A stretch of DNA of 64,000 bases from Obrimoposthia wandeli. Taxonomy: Eukaryota. The notes below the pieces were generated by a model that saw only the letters and a list, made by a program, of their open reading frames with translations, had not been told where the DNA came from and did not search any database. Every line of letters begins with the position of its first letter. The stretch's first letter is position 1. The stretch spans positions 62,001 through 126,000 of the forward strand of contig CDROCS010000186.1 in the NCBI GenBank assembly GCA_977020255.1, given 5' to 3'. Positions 37,869 through 51,093 of the stretch are shown here, in pieces. The position numbers and the translations under genes are program-made.

Positions 37869-38469
37869 TAAGCATCGTAAGTAACAGTACTGAAATTGTA
37901 TACAGATGTTTTTTATTATATTTTATAGTGGCATTCATGCAATACTTCATATAAGTTACTACATAGACAAATTTAATATGTATTATTATACGGATAGCTT
38001 TAGCTGAAGTAACTTAAATTTTGACTTTTTATGAGGTTTTATTCACGCATATCAAAATACAATTAATTTCTAATTATAATTATTATGTAAAGTACTTTCA
38101 TTTTCTAAATTTTTTTTAATCCTGTGTTATTGTTTTAAATACCTTGAAATATTGTATTTTTTATGCCATATAGCTATATATTGTGATTCAAAATAAGATT
38201 TTAACAAAATCTTTTTTGTGAATTAATTGTTAAATGATTTTAGTATTTATATGTTTTAACATATTACTCAAGGCAAATAATTTTAGTAGATATATAAAAT
38301 TAAAGAAACATATTTGAAGAAGTTTATATTGTAATTTATTTAAAAAATATATTTAAAATTATGTCACATGATATTAAAAATTAATTTTACACATTTAGAT
38401 TAACTTTGTTTTTGTAATATTTTGAAATTTTGAATAATTTTTACTTTTTGTGTAAAATATACCATTTGG

Positions 38470-41139
38470 ATGAATTATCCTATAAAGGCACCAATCCTTT
38501 CAGCATCGCAGAGGTAAGATTACTTTTTTTCTAATTTTTTTTACAATTAATTTAACCCTAGTGTTTGGTAATTATTCAATTTGTTACATCAACTTTTTAA
38601 ATTAATTTTTAATAAAATATATAGTCCCTACTATAGTTTTTTTTAGAATAATTTAGCACCTGAAAATAATTGTTAAAAAATTAAGATTGCACTTGAAAAG
38701 CAAAGTTATGCTTAAAAGCATTCAATGCATTAATAAGAACAAAATTGTTTTCTTTATATTGGGCTTCATGTTAGTGTTTCAACTGATTTTTAACTAATCG
38801 AGTATTCAAAAAGATTAATCTTACAACAATTCTCAGTGGTTAATGAACAAGAATGACAAAAAATATAACCTACAGATGGTATAGTCTTATTTTATAATTT
38901 TTCTTGTCAAATTGTGGTGTTATAAAGAAAATCATCCTCGGAACTGCAATTTCTACGCTATTTAATAAGTTGCTTGAATTTACTATCGTTTTTATACTAA
39001 CATTTTATTTATGTTTAACGATTTATCGAAACTCAACTAGCATTAAATATATCATGGTACTAAACTAAACAGGAGCTTAATATGTTTCTGCAAACTAAGT
39101 ATTAAATGGAAATATTCATGTTCATTATTTTAGAATTTTATGGTAATTTTAGGATCCTATCGGACTTGCAAGCTCTGAAAAACAATCCCTTGCCTAATAT
39201 AAGGTTTGATTTTGATATATTTCTATTATTATAATCGTATTTTATAAATCCTTACATGTTTTTCTCATTGTATAAAATTTTATTGTAATTTCTTATTTAC
39301 GTATAAATTAAAAACAATGTTACAATTAAATTAAAATAAACACATTTGTCACAGTGTCCTGTCCAACAGTGGAGACCTTTTCAATTTGACAGCTACTCTG
39401 GATGGTCCTGAGGGTACCGTGTACGAGGGAGGCGTATTCCAACTACTGTTACAGTTCCCATACAACTATCCCGCGGGTCCACCGACTGTCAATTTTGTCA
39501 ACCGCATCTATCACTGCAATATCAACTCCAAAGGCATGGTCTGCCTCAACATCTTGAAGGTTTGTCTTCCTAGTTTTCATTGAACCATATGATGTTTGTG
39601 CGAATTTTCAGTCTCTGTTTTCAGTAGGTATATGTACAATGTACATACTTAAGTATATTCTTAGGCCTTTAACTGTACAACTGTTAGTCGAAAATAAAAT
39701 TATAAATAACCAAATTATCACACCTTTAGAAATCCTCACAATTATACCTTAAAATCGAATGATAAAATGAGTCGTTCTTGTAAATATGTATCATTTTATT
39801 TTGAGCAAAACTATTAATAATTCCTTAAAAAGAAGGTTGGAACCGGCTGAAAATATACAAAGTCAATTACAAAAATATTTATGTATAATTAACTACTTTT
39901 ATTTATAATCTTTGCCTGTTTTAGTAAATGGGAACTGGGATTGAGTTAATATAATCGATGTATTTATAGATAAACTAAATGACCTCTATCATTAAAATAA
40001 TGAAATGATAATTAATAATCATATGGAAATAACGGGAAAAGGGAATTAAATAATAAAAACTTAAACCTTAAAGTACGGGTGTATAATATAAGGAGAAGTT
40101 GACGTCAAGGCATAGGAATTCAGATTCGCAAATAGAAATGAAGTTTTCAACTAGAAATTAAAAGACTATTGTGGGCTAGAAATCCATTAAAAATTACCAT
40201 TTCAACCAAAGTCGTATCCTTTTCTATTAAACTGCACTGCATAAGGGGATAGCTGTGTGGATAGATAAAATAGTCAAAATAATCTTTAAATATTGTTAAG
40301 TCACGCTTAGCATCAGTACTTCCAAAGTCTGTATCAAATATAAATTCTTCAACTATAACATCTTGATTAAGTCTTCAAATAAAACTTAGATATCTAGTAT
40401 TTAATTACTTTTAAAATGGTATATTTTTTTAACACTTATCTAAATAATGATGGAATGTCATTTTAATACCAAAAGTATTGTGTTCTGCTAACAATATTTC
40501 CTACATGTATAAAAACATTTAATTCAACATAGCGCTTCTGTATTTTGTTATATTTTTGTTTAGTTAATGGAAATAATTTTGATTACATAAATCATAATAC
40601 TTTTGTCTATTCACCAATAATTAAATTTGATATGTTCAATTTTGGATGTAATATGATATGGTTAAAAATGTTTTAACTGATATTGATTTGATTAACATAC
40701 TTCTGGTTACTTCTGATTCTGTTCTAATCATAAAACACAAACGATTACCAACTTATATGTCAATCGTCTTAAATGGTTTGATTGGTGATACTTCAACCAA
40801 TATTTTAAGTCTTTCTAGAGACTAATGTCAACTTAAAATAATATAAATATTACAAATTTAAGTTATTTTCAATTTTAAAATTTAATTCTAAATATGCTAT
40901 TTATAATAATTAGTAGTGAAATTGAATTAAACTGCTCCATAACAATCCAGAATGCGTGGACGCCAAAGTTGACGGTGACCGGCGTGTTGTTGTCGGTCCT
41001 ATGTCTACTTAATGAGTGCAACCCGGATGACCCTCTGGTGGGTGCCATTGCCCGAGAATTTCTCACACACCGCGCTGACCACGACGCCAAGGCTCGCAGA
41101 TGGACACGCAAGTTTGCACAAAAACTGCACGAACCTTGA
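38470..41139 (+). CDS. Ubiquitin-conjugating enzyme E2, UBE2E/UBE2D-like, divergent (162 aa, 4 exons)
   Basis: Exons 38470-38513, 39153-39203, 39355-39559 and 40951-41139, all GT-AG and in frame (489 nt). Translation: ..[75 protein letters not shown]. The catalytic Cys is present. Extra 5' exons cannot be excluded. Confidence 0.88.
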
Positions 41140-41799
41140 AAACTCTTCGAAGTCCAGATTCAGATGTTATTAACAATATATTGACTTATTTTATTATTCC
41201 CCTGTTTTTCCCTTTCACTGAAATTCAGGAGGACTAAATGTGATTTCAGTATAAATATCAATATATTATTAAGATTATATAGTGCACTCATTGTATAATG
41301 CACATTTTGTGATTTGGCGCAGACATACTTTACCGACAGGGAAGGTCACGTCATATGTGAAGGTTTCTGACCTAGATTTTGTAATTCCGTAATTACAATT
41401 AAATCAAATGTATTACATATAGAAATAAAAGCCAAAGATTTAAGGTTCTCAGAAACATTCCAAAATTAGGAATTAACCTTAAATGTATAATAGTAACATC
41501 TAAATACCTGTCAAACATTTCATTGTGCACAGTTGGTTAAATTCAATATTATTAACCTGTGACACCCAAAGACCTTTCCAATTAATAGTTGCGTATGTTG
41601 TGTATTGTGATCAGAGCTTAAATGAAAATTGTTGTGTGTGGGTATTTTTTGATTAGTCACAAGACCTTAACGTATAAGTGTAGCAATGATTTTTGTGCTT
41701 CAACTTCGACAGAGATTATAAGAATGAGCTTTCGGGAAGTTGATTGAGCTCGATGATACAGGTTAATTTATTATATTTCTTATGACATATTGGTTAGGA

Positions 41800-43424
41800 T
41801 TATACAGTTTACATTGTATAAAGATGAATACATGAGGTCTATTTATGAAGAAACATTGATAAATGTTAAAGGTACAAGAAAGTTAGACAACCATACTAAT
41901 TGCTTGTATGTTGAGACAAAAAGAGTCGATCTCACAAGAGATAGTGTTGAATTTGTTGGAACAACTTTACGTCAATATTCAGTCCTACTTTTGTTAAGTT
42001 CCAATGAGCTACAATTCTTATGACGGAATAAACGTCAATCGTTCTTCTGTTAATTCTTCGCGAAATGCAAAAATCATTGTGTAAAAACCCTTCTAACTCG
42101 CTAAATTTCTTATGCGATGTATCGATACGATTTTTCTAAGATTTGGCTAGTGCACTTGCTGGTCCTTGATGGTGTCGTCCTGATTACCTCTGTTCGATAT
42201 GAATATCTGTGACAGCGTCGATTTGGTATGGTCTCCCTCTGGGCTTCAGTGACTGTTACATGCTTGATCTGATCTGTATTGATCGGAGTCGTCACATTCT
42301 ACAGTTGAAATCCCATTAACTGGTTTATTATTGATGTCAATGATATAAAAGAATTCATAGCTTCCCTGAGTCTTTGTACTAAGGATTCGCCGTTTATCTG
42401 GCTATACTCTAATCTCTATATTGCTACATCAAATACATTATTTAATTGTTCACATTCCATCTCTTTGTACTTTAATTGATCTTTAGTGATCTTAGTTTGA
42501 ATTATATTTTTATAAGCTCTAGTTATGTATGTTGCTGCATAATCTATATGTTTTTTGATTGTTTTTTTGTATATTTATCAACTTTGATTAATGAACAAGG
42601 ACGTCAAAAAATCGTAGTTTGGTATTGTTTATATATCTTAATTTTGTCAGATCTCTATATTTACATTATTGGTTTGTTAGGAACATAAGGTAAAATTGAG
42701 TTTATCCTGTAAATGATTGTTCTGTTGTTCTGTAAGCAATTAAATCAGGTGCTATGTGTAAGTCCCAATCTGGTTAATTGTTATTTATGTATGAAGTCAT
42801 CTTATCCTCAAAAATTATATTAAATCTTTCAACTAAACCGTCTGTTTGATGGTGGTATGGTGATGTGTTCATATTTTTATTAGAAATTAGAAGAAAAAAA
42901 AGCGATTGATCCTAAAATATGATTTATAAATTCTAAAAAATCGATTATAACTTTTACACAATTAATTCACAAAATCGATTATAACTTTTACACAATTAAT
43001 TTCGTTTATATTTCTCACAAGTATTTCTGTCTGAGTGCTTCTTCGCGAACTAATGGATGCAGAGTATGCCTGTCTGAGTTCTTCTTCACGAACTAAGGGA
43101 GTTTGAGTGCTTCTAAATAATGGAGTCTGAGTTCCGCGACTAATAGGTTCCCGTTCTTTCTACTCAATTAGTTTTCAACTTCCTTTTCGAAATCCATGCA
43201 TCCTCCCCCACTAGAATTGTCTTTCTCTGTCCCTTCTTACACCGTTCCACTCATTCTACACACATTTCCCCACGGCCTCTTCACGGTCCTAATTTATTTT
43301 AATTCGATATTTTAATTTAAAATCAATTTATTTTTAATTCATTTCGACCTTTGGTTTTAAGGTTAAATTTTTAAAATATAAATAATTATTTTATTTATCT
43401 TATTCAATTTTCCTTAATCTAACA
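41800..43424 (-). mobile_element. Gypsy remnant: truncated LTR related to X1/X2 (43424 to ~42900) followed by degenerate integrase
   Basis: The minus strand starts TGTTAGATTAAGG at 43424 and has an AGGACCGTGAAGAGGCCGTG variant of the X1/X2 motif. At ~42700-42870 it reads TSPYHHQTDGLVERFN..WD..AYRTT..TG..FYLMF (Gypsy integrase core). Confidence 0.65.
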
Positions 43425-44789
43425 AAATTAAAGATTGAATTTTAAAGATTTATTACTTTGAGCACTACCTTTGGCAACTAGTGTGTAATTTTTGTTGTTG
43501 GCAGGTCTCGATTTTCTTGGAAAGCAAGACTGTTCTAGACAAAAATTAAAATTATATGATCAATATTTAAAATATAACTGATCAAGTTTATTTTATTTCA
43601 ACGTCTTTAATTGAAAGATTTACTCATATTTTCGGTTTCGAATACAATTTCAATTAAAAACTAATTCAATGAAAAATGCATTACTTTATTAGGGATTATT
43701 TATGTACTATAGACGTCAATTGATATTATTTGAGCTGTCTCTGTTGATGTTTTTAGTTTGACATACCAGTCGGCCTTTGGAACTCCGCTCGTCGATAGCT
43801 AGTGTTTAGCTTTTTGTGAACAGAACCTCAAACGTCGATAAACGGTCTTTTCTTAAAACTAAAATTAAAATAAAACGAAACACAACTCAAATTACAAAAA
43901 TTGGAGAGTTTAATTTGAATATGTTTCGCAAAACTAAGTTATAAATAGTTTGTGAGAGATCCTAACTTACTTTATCTTATGGTTGTGGAAAATGTGCAAG
44001 TAAATTGAGATATAATTGTAAAATTAAATGTATATGTACGAAAAATAAATAAATGGCTTCTATAGTAAAGAATATGTAAAGTGATGTAAATTAAAAAGTT
44101 AACTGTAATATTCGAAGAAAATAAAAATATTATAAATAAATGACTTATATATCAGAAAATTCAAAATAAAAAGTGAAAAATAAATTATTTATATCAGTAA
44201 TATGAAAAATTTAAAGGATTAAGCACAATATATCTTAAAAAAATATACAATATACAAGATAATAAGTGAATAATATATTTTTTGAACTATGTTTTCTATC
44301 GTATACCTAATTCAAAAGTTTAATTCTACAACACAATTGATGTTATATAGGTTTAAATACGAATTCATAAACAAATATTGCCAGTTGAATATATATGGTC
44401 TCAGATTACATAACTAATTACATAACTAATATAAAAAGTTAAGCATAAAATGTAACAAAATAAATGAATAATAGATTGTTTATATTAGTAATGTTGGGAA
44501 AGGAAATTTTGAAAAAAATAGTTGGTAAAAATTTACATTAATTAGAATATTTCCTTTATTAGGGTTTGATTTTTGGCTTTGAACTTATGCACTTTGGCAT
44601 TTTAATTTTAATATATATGTATAATCCATGTATGTCATAACATAATCCATATAAATATCCACTGCTACCATTGTGGGGGTTTCCAATATCAAAAATATAG
44701 AGATAACCTTTTTTAACTGTATTTAATTGTACAAACTTTCTCAATCATAATTTTTCATTAATATCGTTTTAATATCATTTCCTAATTAC

Positions 44790-47700
44790 ATTTTCCCCAC
44801 CTTGATCCAACTAGATCTAAACAACAACAAAAAACATTCTTTCATTAACACCTGAAGACTTATTCAGATAGATGGCCTAAACTTACCACTTTAAACTCCC
44901 TGCTCTCCGCTTAATCTACACAAACGTACAATCGATTTTGTCACTATCTTGTCTTCACATAACAGCTTCACCACTCTTCCTTTGTAGATCTCCAAGACCT
45001 TTCCTAGCGGCTATTTTCCTCTTTCAGTCGTCTTTTCTAGGATCATAACAATATCATTAACCTTAAGATTCTCTTTCTCTTCCAGCCATTTCTGTCTATC
45101 TGCCCACATAGGGACTACTTCTTCCATCCATCTTTTCCACAATCTTTCCACGATATCTTGCATCAATCTCTATCTAGCTCTCCAACCTTTTGCGTTGCCG
45201 AGTAGGACGTTATTTGCCACTCCATCTAATCTTAAAAAATCATTAGGCGTCGAAGCCCTAAGATCCTCTCCATTTCCGCTAACGTAACTCAACGGTCTAT
45301 TATTCATCAGGTTCTCCACTTCAAACAATATGGTGTTGAATTCTTCATCTGACATTTCGGCATTTTCCGTCACCTTCCTCATCGCTCGCTTTACGGATTT
45401 TATCATAGCCTCGAACACTCCACCAAAGTGTGGGCTATTTGGTGGATTGAATATCCATCTTATCTCTTCCTTAAGTAATTTTCTCTTCAGCGCATATCTG
45501 TCTATCTTTACATCTTCAACCTCTCTCGCGGCACCTCTGAAATTAGTGCCGTTGTCAGATATCATAACTTCCGGTCTACCTTTACGTCCCATAAACCTTT
45601 TTAGAGCTCTGATGAATCCATCCGTGTCCAATCCGTACGTCATCTCGAGATGTACTGCTCTTGTTTGTAAACAGGTAAATAAACATATATACAGTTTTTC
45701 TCTTACTTGCCTCCTTCCTTGCTTAGTCAAGAAAGAACAGGCGAAATCTACTCCCACTCTCGCCAAAACTCCGAGTGGCTCCTCAAACCTTACATTGGAG
45801 CCGTCATTTGCTGCATGCTTTGAGCCTTAGCTTTTTTACATATTATACATTCGGTTTCGACTTTTCTTATTAATTGTCGTGCTTTTATTATCCAGAAATT
45901 CTTCTGTAGCTGTTTCAATAAATGTTGAACTCCAGCATAATGATAATTTCTATCATGTAGGTTTCTAACGATTAACTTTGCCAGCCATCAATTATTATCG
46001 GAAACTTCTGATCGTAGCTTAAGTACTCTGCATTTACTAATCTAGAACTCGATCTTAATACACCTCGTTCATCCAAAAACGGGTTTAATTTTAATATCGT
46101 ACTACATCATAGAGTCTCTTTCTTGTTCACTAGATCCTTTTTTTTTTCATAAAACATCTATTTTGATGATCAATGATCAATTTTTCCATTGCATTCTTTA
46201 ATTCTTCTACCGTTAATTCTCCATAAACCCATGATTTCTTCTTCTCTTGACAGTTTCTGATAAATCGATCCATCCAAGCTCTCACCTTTCTTAGTTTCAT
46301 TAAATTCGAGTATCTTTCGATTTCTAATCTCTCTTGTTTTACTTGGTTGACAAACAACATAATTTTCAATTCTGCATCTTCCTTCTTCTCAAACTTCTTA
46401 TCTATTGGCCACCTTGTAGGTTCAGACTTTAAATACTCTGGTCCTTCTCACCACTTAATTGTAGACGCACATTCATTTGCACTCATTCCTCGTGATAACA
46501 TATCGGCTGGATTTTCCTTCGTTGGCACATATCTCCATTGACGAATATCTGTCTCTTCCTGTATTTTTCACACTATATTTGCGACGAATGGCTTATATTG
46601 TCTCCATCGCTGTTTGATCCACCATAATACATCTTCGCTAACCGTCCAAAATTGTATAACTTTAACATTTTCATTCCATGATATCGCTACTTCTTTAGCC
46701 AATTTTACTCCTTCAACTGCCGCCATTAATTCTAATCTTGGTACACTAACTGTTTTCAATGGTGCGACTTTCGCTTTTGCATCAATTAATTTTACTTCTA
46801 CCTTTTCAGCTTCCTTTGTCCTTACATATGCAACTGCACCAAAAGCTTTTATGGATGCATCTACAAAAACATGAATTTCCATTTCCTTATTCTTTGCTAT
46901 TTTTATCCATCTAGTTATTTTAACTTTCCGCAACTCTTCACATTGCATAAGCCAATCCATAACTTCTTTTTTCAAATCTCCTCCTATTTCTTGGTCCCAT
47001 TATATTCCTTCGAACCATATCTTATGCATTAGCATCTTTGCTCTTATAGGACAAATCCTAATGGATTGAAAACAGTTGATAAAATACTAAGAAACTGCTT
47101 CTTGGTTACTTCAGATCCGTATTTTTTCTCACTTTGAAAAGTAAAGTAGTCTTCACTTGAATTCCATCGTATACCCAACGTCTTTACTTGTCATATTCCA
47201 ACTTCAATCTGAAGAATTTTTGCTTGATCTGCTGTGGGGATTAACTGATTCACTTTTTCACTACTAGTGATCCATTTCCGCTTCCATCTTTGCCCCTCGC
47301 CATATTTCTTTTAATTCCTCAATGGTCTTGGTTACTTTTTCTTCTGTATCCACCGAACACAACGTGTCATCCAAATATGTATTTTCCAAGATTAGCATTG
47401 CACTAGATGGATATTTTGTCAGAAATCTTTCTGCATTTTCTCTAGTCACCATTTGTGCTAAGAAAGGTAAGGAAATTAATCCAAATACCACTCGTTGTAT
47501 TCAAATGTGGTTATTTCTCCTTTATCGTTACTCCATAAAAGTCTTAACCATTTACGGTCAGCCTTGTCCACTTTCACCTGCAAATACATTTCAGTAATGT
47601 CACAGACTAAAGCTATTTGACTCTTACGAAATTTCAACAGAATCTCCATCAAATCTCCCTGCAACTTAGGACCACAGTTTATGTAATCATTAAGACTCTC

Positions 47701-50349
47701 ACATTATTCATTGCCGCTGCATTGAACACAATTCTCACCTTTGTAGTTTTTCGATTCCATTTTACTACTGGAAAATGTGGAAAGTACCACTTGGTATTTT
47801 TATCTTCTTCTGGTTTTACCTCATGTATATAACCTTTTCCCTTCTGTTAATCGATTATTAATGCATACTTCTTAGCTAAAACCGGATATTTGTTTAATCG
47901 ATTGTGTAAACTTTGCAATCTCTTTATCGCCATTTTTATTAACTTCAAGTTTCCTAACCCCTTTTTTCCATTGAATTTTCACTGTATATCTTCCTTCTTC
48001 CATTACCATCACCTTAGCACTACTTTCATACATTCCTTTTTCATATTTCGTCATTGTATTACGTTCTTCGAGTAGATGTTCTATTTCCCAAAATTGACGT
48101 AGTTGGTCATCTAACTCGGTGTTACTTTAATAACTTCTAATGAAATTTGTTTGGTTGTTATATATTGTTTTCTGAATTAGCCTTTCCTACACATATCCAC
48201 CATAATGGTGTCTTTTGTGCAATCGGATTCTTAAACCCTCCCATTGTTCTTCTAGATATTTATGCATCTCTATCCAATCGGCACCGATCAGCATCTATAC
48301 TGCTCTCCCATTATTCGTAGATAGAAAGTGAACATTTTGTAAATACTTCCAATTCTTTCCTTCCTAATTCCAATTTACTACTCGTAAATCTCCAGTGACT
48401 TCTTTTATTGCCAATGTTTCTACATTTCGTCGAAAGGATCCACTCAAATTTTGTACCTGGAAAGTCCCTAACCTACTTTCTAAATCTTTTTTTCTTCTAC
48501 CAATCACTCCAATTGAAGTAACATTCTTCACTCCTTTTAAACCTAAATAATCAGATGCTGCCTGACTGATGTAGCTAACGGTGCTTGCATCATCCAATAA
48601 TGCATTTATTTTAATTTCTTGTTCTCTATTTTTAACGACAACCGGCACCGTTCTTGATGTCACCGTTGAATTCGTTCTACTACCCACATGTATAGACGTA
48701 TTATTGTGGATTTTGTTAATTTTAGTATCTTCTCTTGTTCTATGTAACAGCCAATGGTGCTTCATCGTACACTTATTTGTTTAAGACAGCTGTTCTCTTT
48801 TACAAAATTTTTCCCCAGTGACCTGGTTTCAAACAATTTCTACACAGCTTATTTTCTTTTACTACGTTCCATCTGTCTTCTAACGTCATTCTTCTTAACT
48901 TTTGACACTGATCTGTATAGTGTGACTCCACACAATTATTACACTTTTTCCATACTTCGACTCCCCTTTCGTTCTTTTCCATAGCTGGATTTACTGTTGT
49001 TGCATTGCTCAGGAATGCCTTTCTTATTGGTTCACGATATTTATTATTAAATATATTTTTGTCGAATCTCCGTTCTCCGACCTAGTTCTTTGCTATACTT
49101 TTATTTTGTTCATTTCTTGACATACTTCCTCTGCTTCTTGCAGATCTTCCGTTTTTTGCTGGGCTCATATCAGTATATCTTTTAGATAATCTGTTCTATC
49201 TTCTTGTCTCTTCCAACTTGTCTATTCTAACATTGCTTGTCGAGGTAACTTTCTTAAGAATGTTTGATATAAGTAGCCATTCCTCGAATCTTCTGTCTTA
49301 TTCAAATTCTTTAACTTAACTAGAGTTCTCTCTAACAACTCTGTGAACTTTTCAAATCTTGAATTTCTTCGCTTCGAATACCTTTAAATTCATTCACATC
49401 TTTTAAGATATTCCTATAGCATCTATCCTTTCCACCGTATCGTCTTTCGAGCCTTTCCAGAGCGATGTCATTAGCCTCTGATGACAACCCCAGATTATCT
49501 ATTAATCTTAGAGGCTCTGGTTCCAAATATTGTCGCAGATGGAACAGTTTACTTGTTTTTTCAGTTTTTACATTTCCTATTAATTCTTCAAATACTACTC
49601 ACCAACTCTCATACTTGTTCTGTTTTCCTTAAAATAAAGGCAGACTAAGCTTCCTAAGCCTTGTCATCCTCTCATTAGTACTGATAGGTCTTCTATAGAG
49701 AACAGACTCAACTTCTCCTGCCTCTTCCTTTTCTTCTTTCCAATCCTTCCCTTTCCGAAGCTCCATAATATTTTGACTCGTTATTTCCTATTTCTTCTCC
49801 ATCTCCTCCATCTCCTCCAATTCTTCATTTAGTATTTCTGCCTTCTGCTTATTATCATTTTGTTCTACCTTAATTTTAAGTTCTTACATGAAGCATGTAC
49901 ACACTTCATACGCCTTTTCATATTTATCTAAACATCAAACCCACTCTTCCTTTCCTGATGAACTGAAAAACATGTTCCTAGCTCTCGTCACTTTACTCTT
50001 CAGCACCTCTCCTGCACTTCTCCATTCCATCCCTCCCTCCTTTTAAAGCTAACATCAACTGAATGTTAGCACTTCCTTTTATATTGTAATCCATTAATGT
50101 ATTTCTATCTTTCAACAGCTTACCTGTAAATATCAATCTCTGTTGAACTGGGGGAATACATTCTTTCTCTTGAATTTGTATTTTTAATTTTTTGATAGTG
50201 TCGTATGATCGACTATCTATGGTTATTGTTTTTCCGGTCAAGGTTTTAATAAATATTTGAATATATTTTGACTTGAACTTCTTTTTCTTTATGGCTGAGT
50301 CCACAAAACAGTCTTCAGTCGTCTTTATTTTATTAAACCTTGCGGACAT
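44790..50349 (-). mobile_element. BEL/Pao LTR retrotransposon, degenerate gag-pol, 5' LTR not found
   Basis: Domains in order: DUF1759-like gag (KLSLPLF..KLFHLRQYL), CCHC knuckles (48750-48982), aspartic protease ALLDDASTVSYI, RT (DITEMYLQV, YLDD), RNase H (HVFVDASIKAFGAVAY..SVPRLEL), integrase (GVDFA..CLQTRAVHLE..SDNGTNF..FGGVFE) and a DUF5641-like tail. PPT AAGGTGGGGAAAA is followed by TGTAATTAGG at 44790. Confidence 0.92.
49993..50349 (-). CDS. Ubiquitin/NEDD8-like domain immediately upstream of (probably once fused to) BEL/Pao gag
   Basis: IQIFIKTLTGKTIT..EKECIPPVQQRLIFTGK..TLMDYNI..LMLALKGG has 44/76 identities to ubiquitin by manual count. A di-Gly is followed directly by gag-like sequence. 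Confidence 0.88.
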   Translation of the reverse strand: MSARFNKIKTTEDCFVDSAIKKKKFKSKYIQIFIKTLTGKTITIDSRSYDTIKKLKIQIQEKECIPPVQQRLIFTGKLLKDRNTLMDYNIKGSANIQLMLALKGGRDGMEKCRRGAEE

Positions 50350-50636
50350 AATCCGTCGACATTCTCTAATAACTTATGTCTGCTAATGTTAAAAATATTG
50401 TTATTTATCCCCAAAAAACACTGTTGATCAAAGTAGGGGTTACGGATGAAAAATATAAATTCAAGGATATATTTTAATTAAATTTATGGGTTAGAAAGGG
50501 TGGTGGTACCACTTAGGCGCCACCATTTCCCAAAAATTTATTTAATAGAAGAGGTGGTGATCCTTTGATCAAATGGGCGTCACCAGTTCCCGACGGAAAA
50601 GCAAAAAATGTAAATTAATGTACTATTCTCACTTAC

Positions 50637-51010
50637 CACATTTTCAGCTTGTTCACGATCACGCAGGTATAGTTGTAACTCCAAGCATTGGTCCAGCTGC
50701 TTTTCACGGTTCAACAGGCATCATTTAACTGTTCTCTAACATCAGCGATGCCCTGCAACTTCTCTTTGATTTCGCCTTCTGCATAGTGACCAGTTTTCAG
50801 CAATTCGTTACCGAAATCTTCAAAATTGTGAAATGTTCCAGACCTAGCTTCGATTTCAGCTTGATGCTCCCTATGTCTCTCGTGTAAAGCTTCAGCGCCA
50901 GTGACGTATTTTGCAAGTTTATCTGAGTTCACGAGACCCGTCATTGTATTTATTCATGACATTAGATCACTATAGTCGGCCAAAAACTTCTGCAAATCAA
51001 TGGAATTAGT
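50637..51010 (-). pseudogene. Isolated alpha-spectrin repeat fragment with premature stops
   Basis: DLQKFLADYSDLMS*INTMTGLVNSDKLAKYVTGAEALHERHREHQAEIEARSGTF..GHYA..KQLDQCLELQLYLRD.EQAEN follows non-erythroid alpha-spectrin. Two Trp positions are TGA. Confidence 0.85.
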
Positions 51011-51053
51011 AGATAGATGTGTCCAGTTCCGGTCACCTCCCCCCCTAGCGAAA

Positions 51054-51058
<5 letters not shown>

Positions 51059-51093
<35 letters not shown>

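Noticed and set aside
40198-40380. Open minus-strand frame inside the last E2 intron (possible nested exon)
   Set aside because: No recognisable homology and no partner exons.
45330-48984. Plus-strand ORFs over the BEL/Pao pol (and 55032-55494 over pPolB)
   Set aside because: Antisense shadows of real minus-strand coding sequence.
17610-50349. Ubiquitin-pathway cluster (IAP RING E3, E2, Ub/NEDD8) as one system
   Set aside because: The three parts belong to a Maverick, a host gene and a BEL/Pao element, and two are degenerate. Proximity is most simply chance.
50400-50630. 5' LTR and PBS of the BEL/Pao element
   Set aside because: No match to the 3' LTR start at 44790. The TGGTG motifs do not clearly complement a tRNA 3' end.
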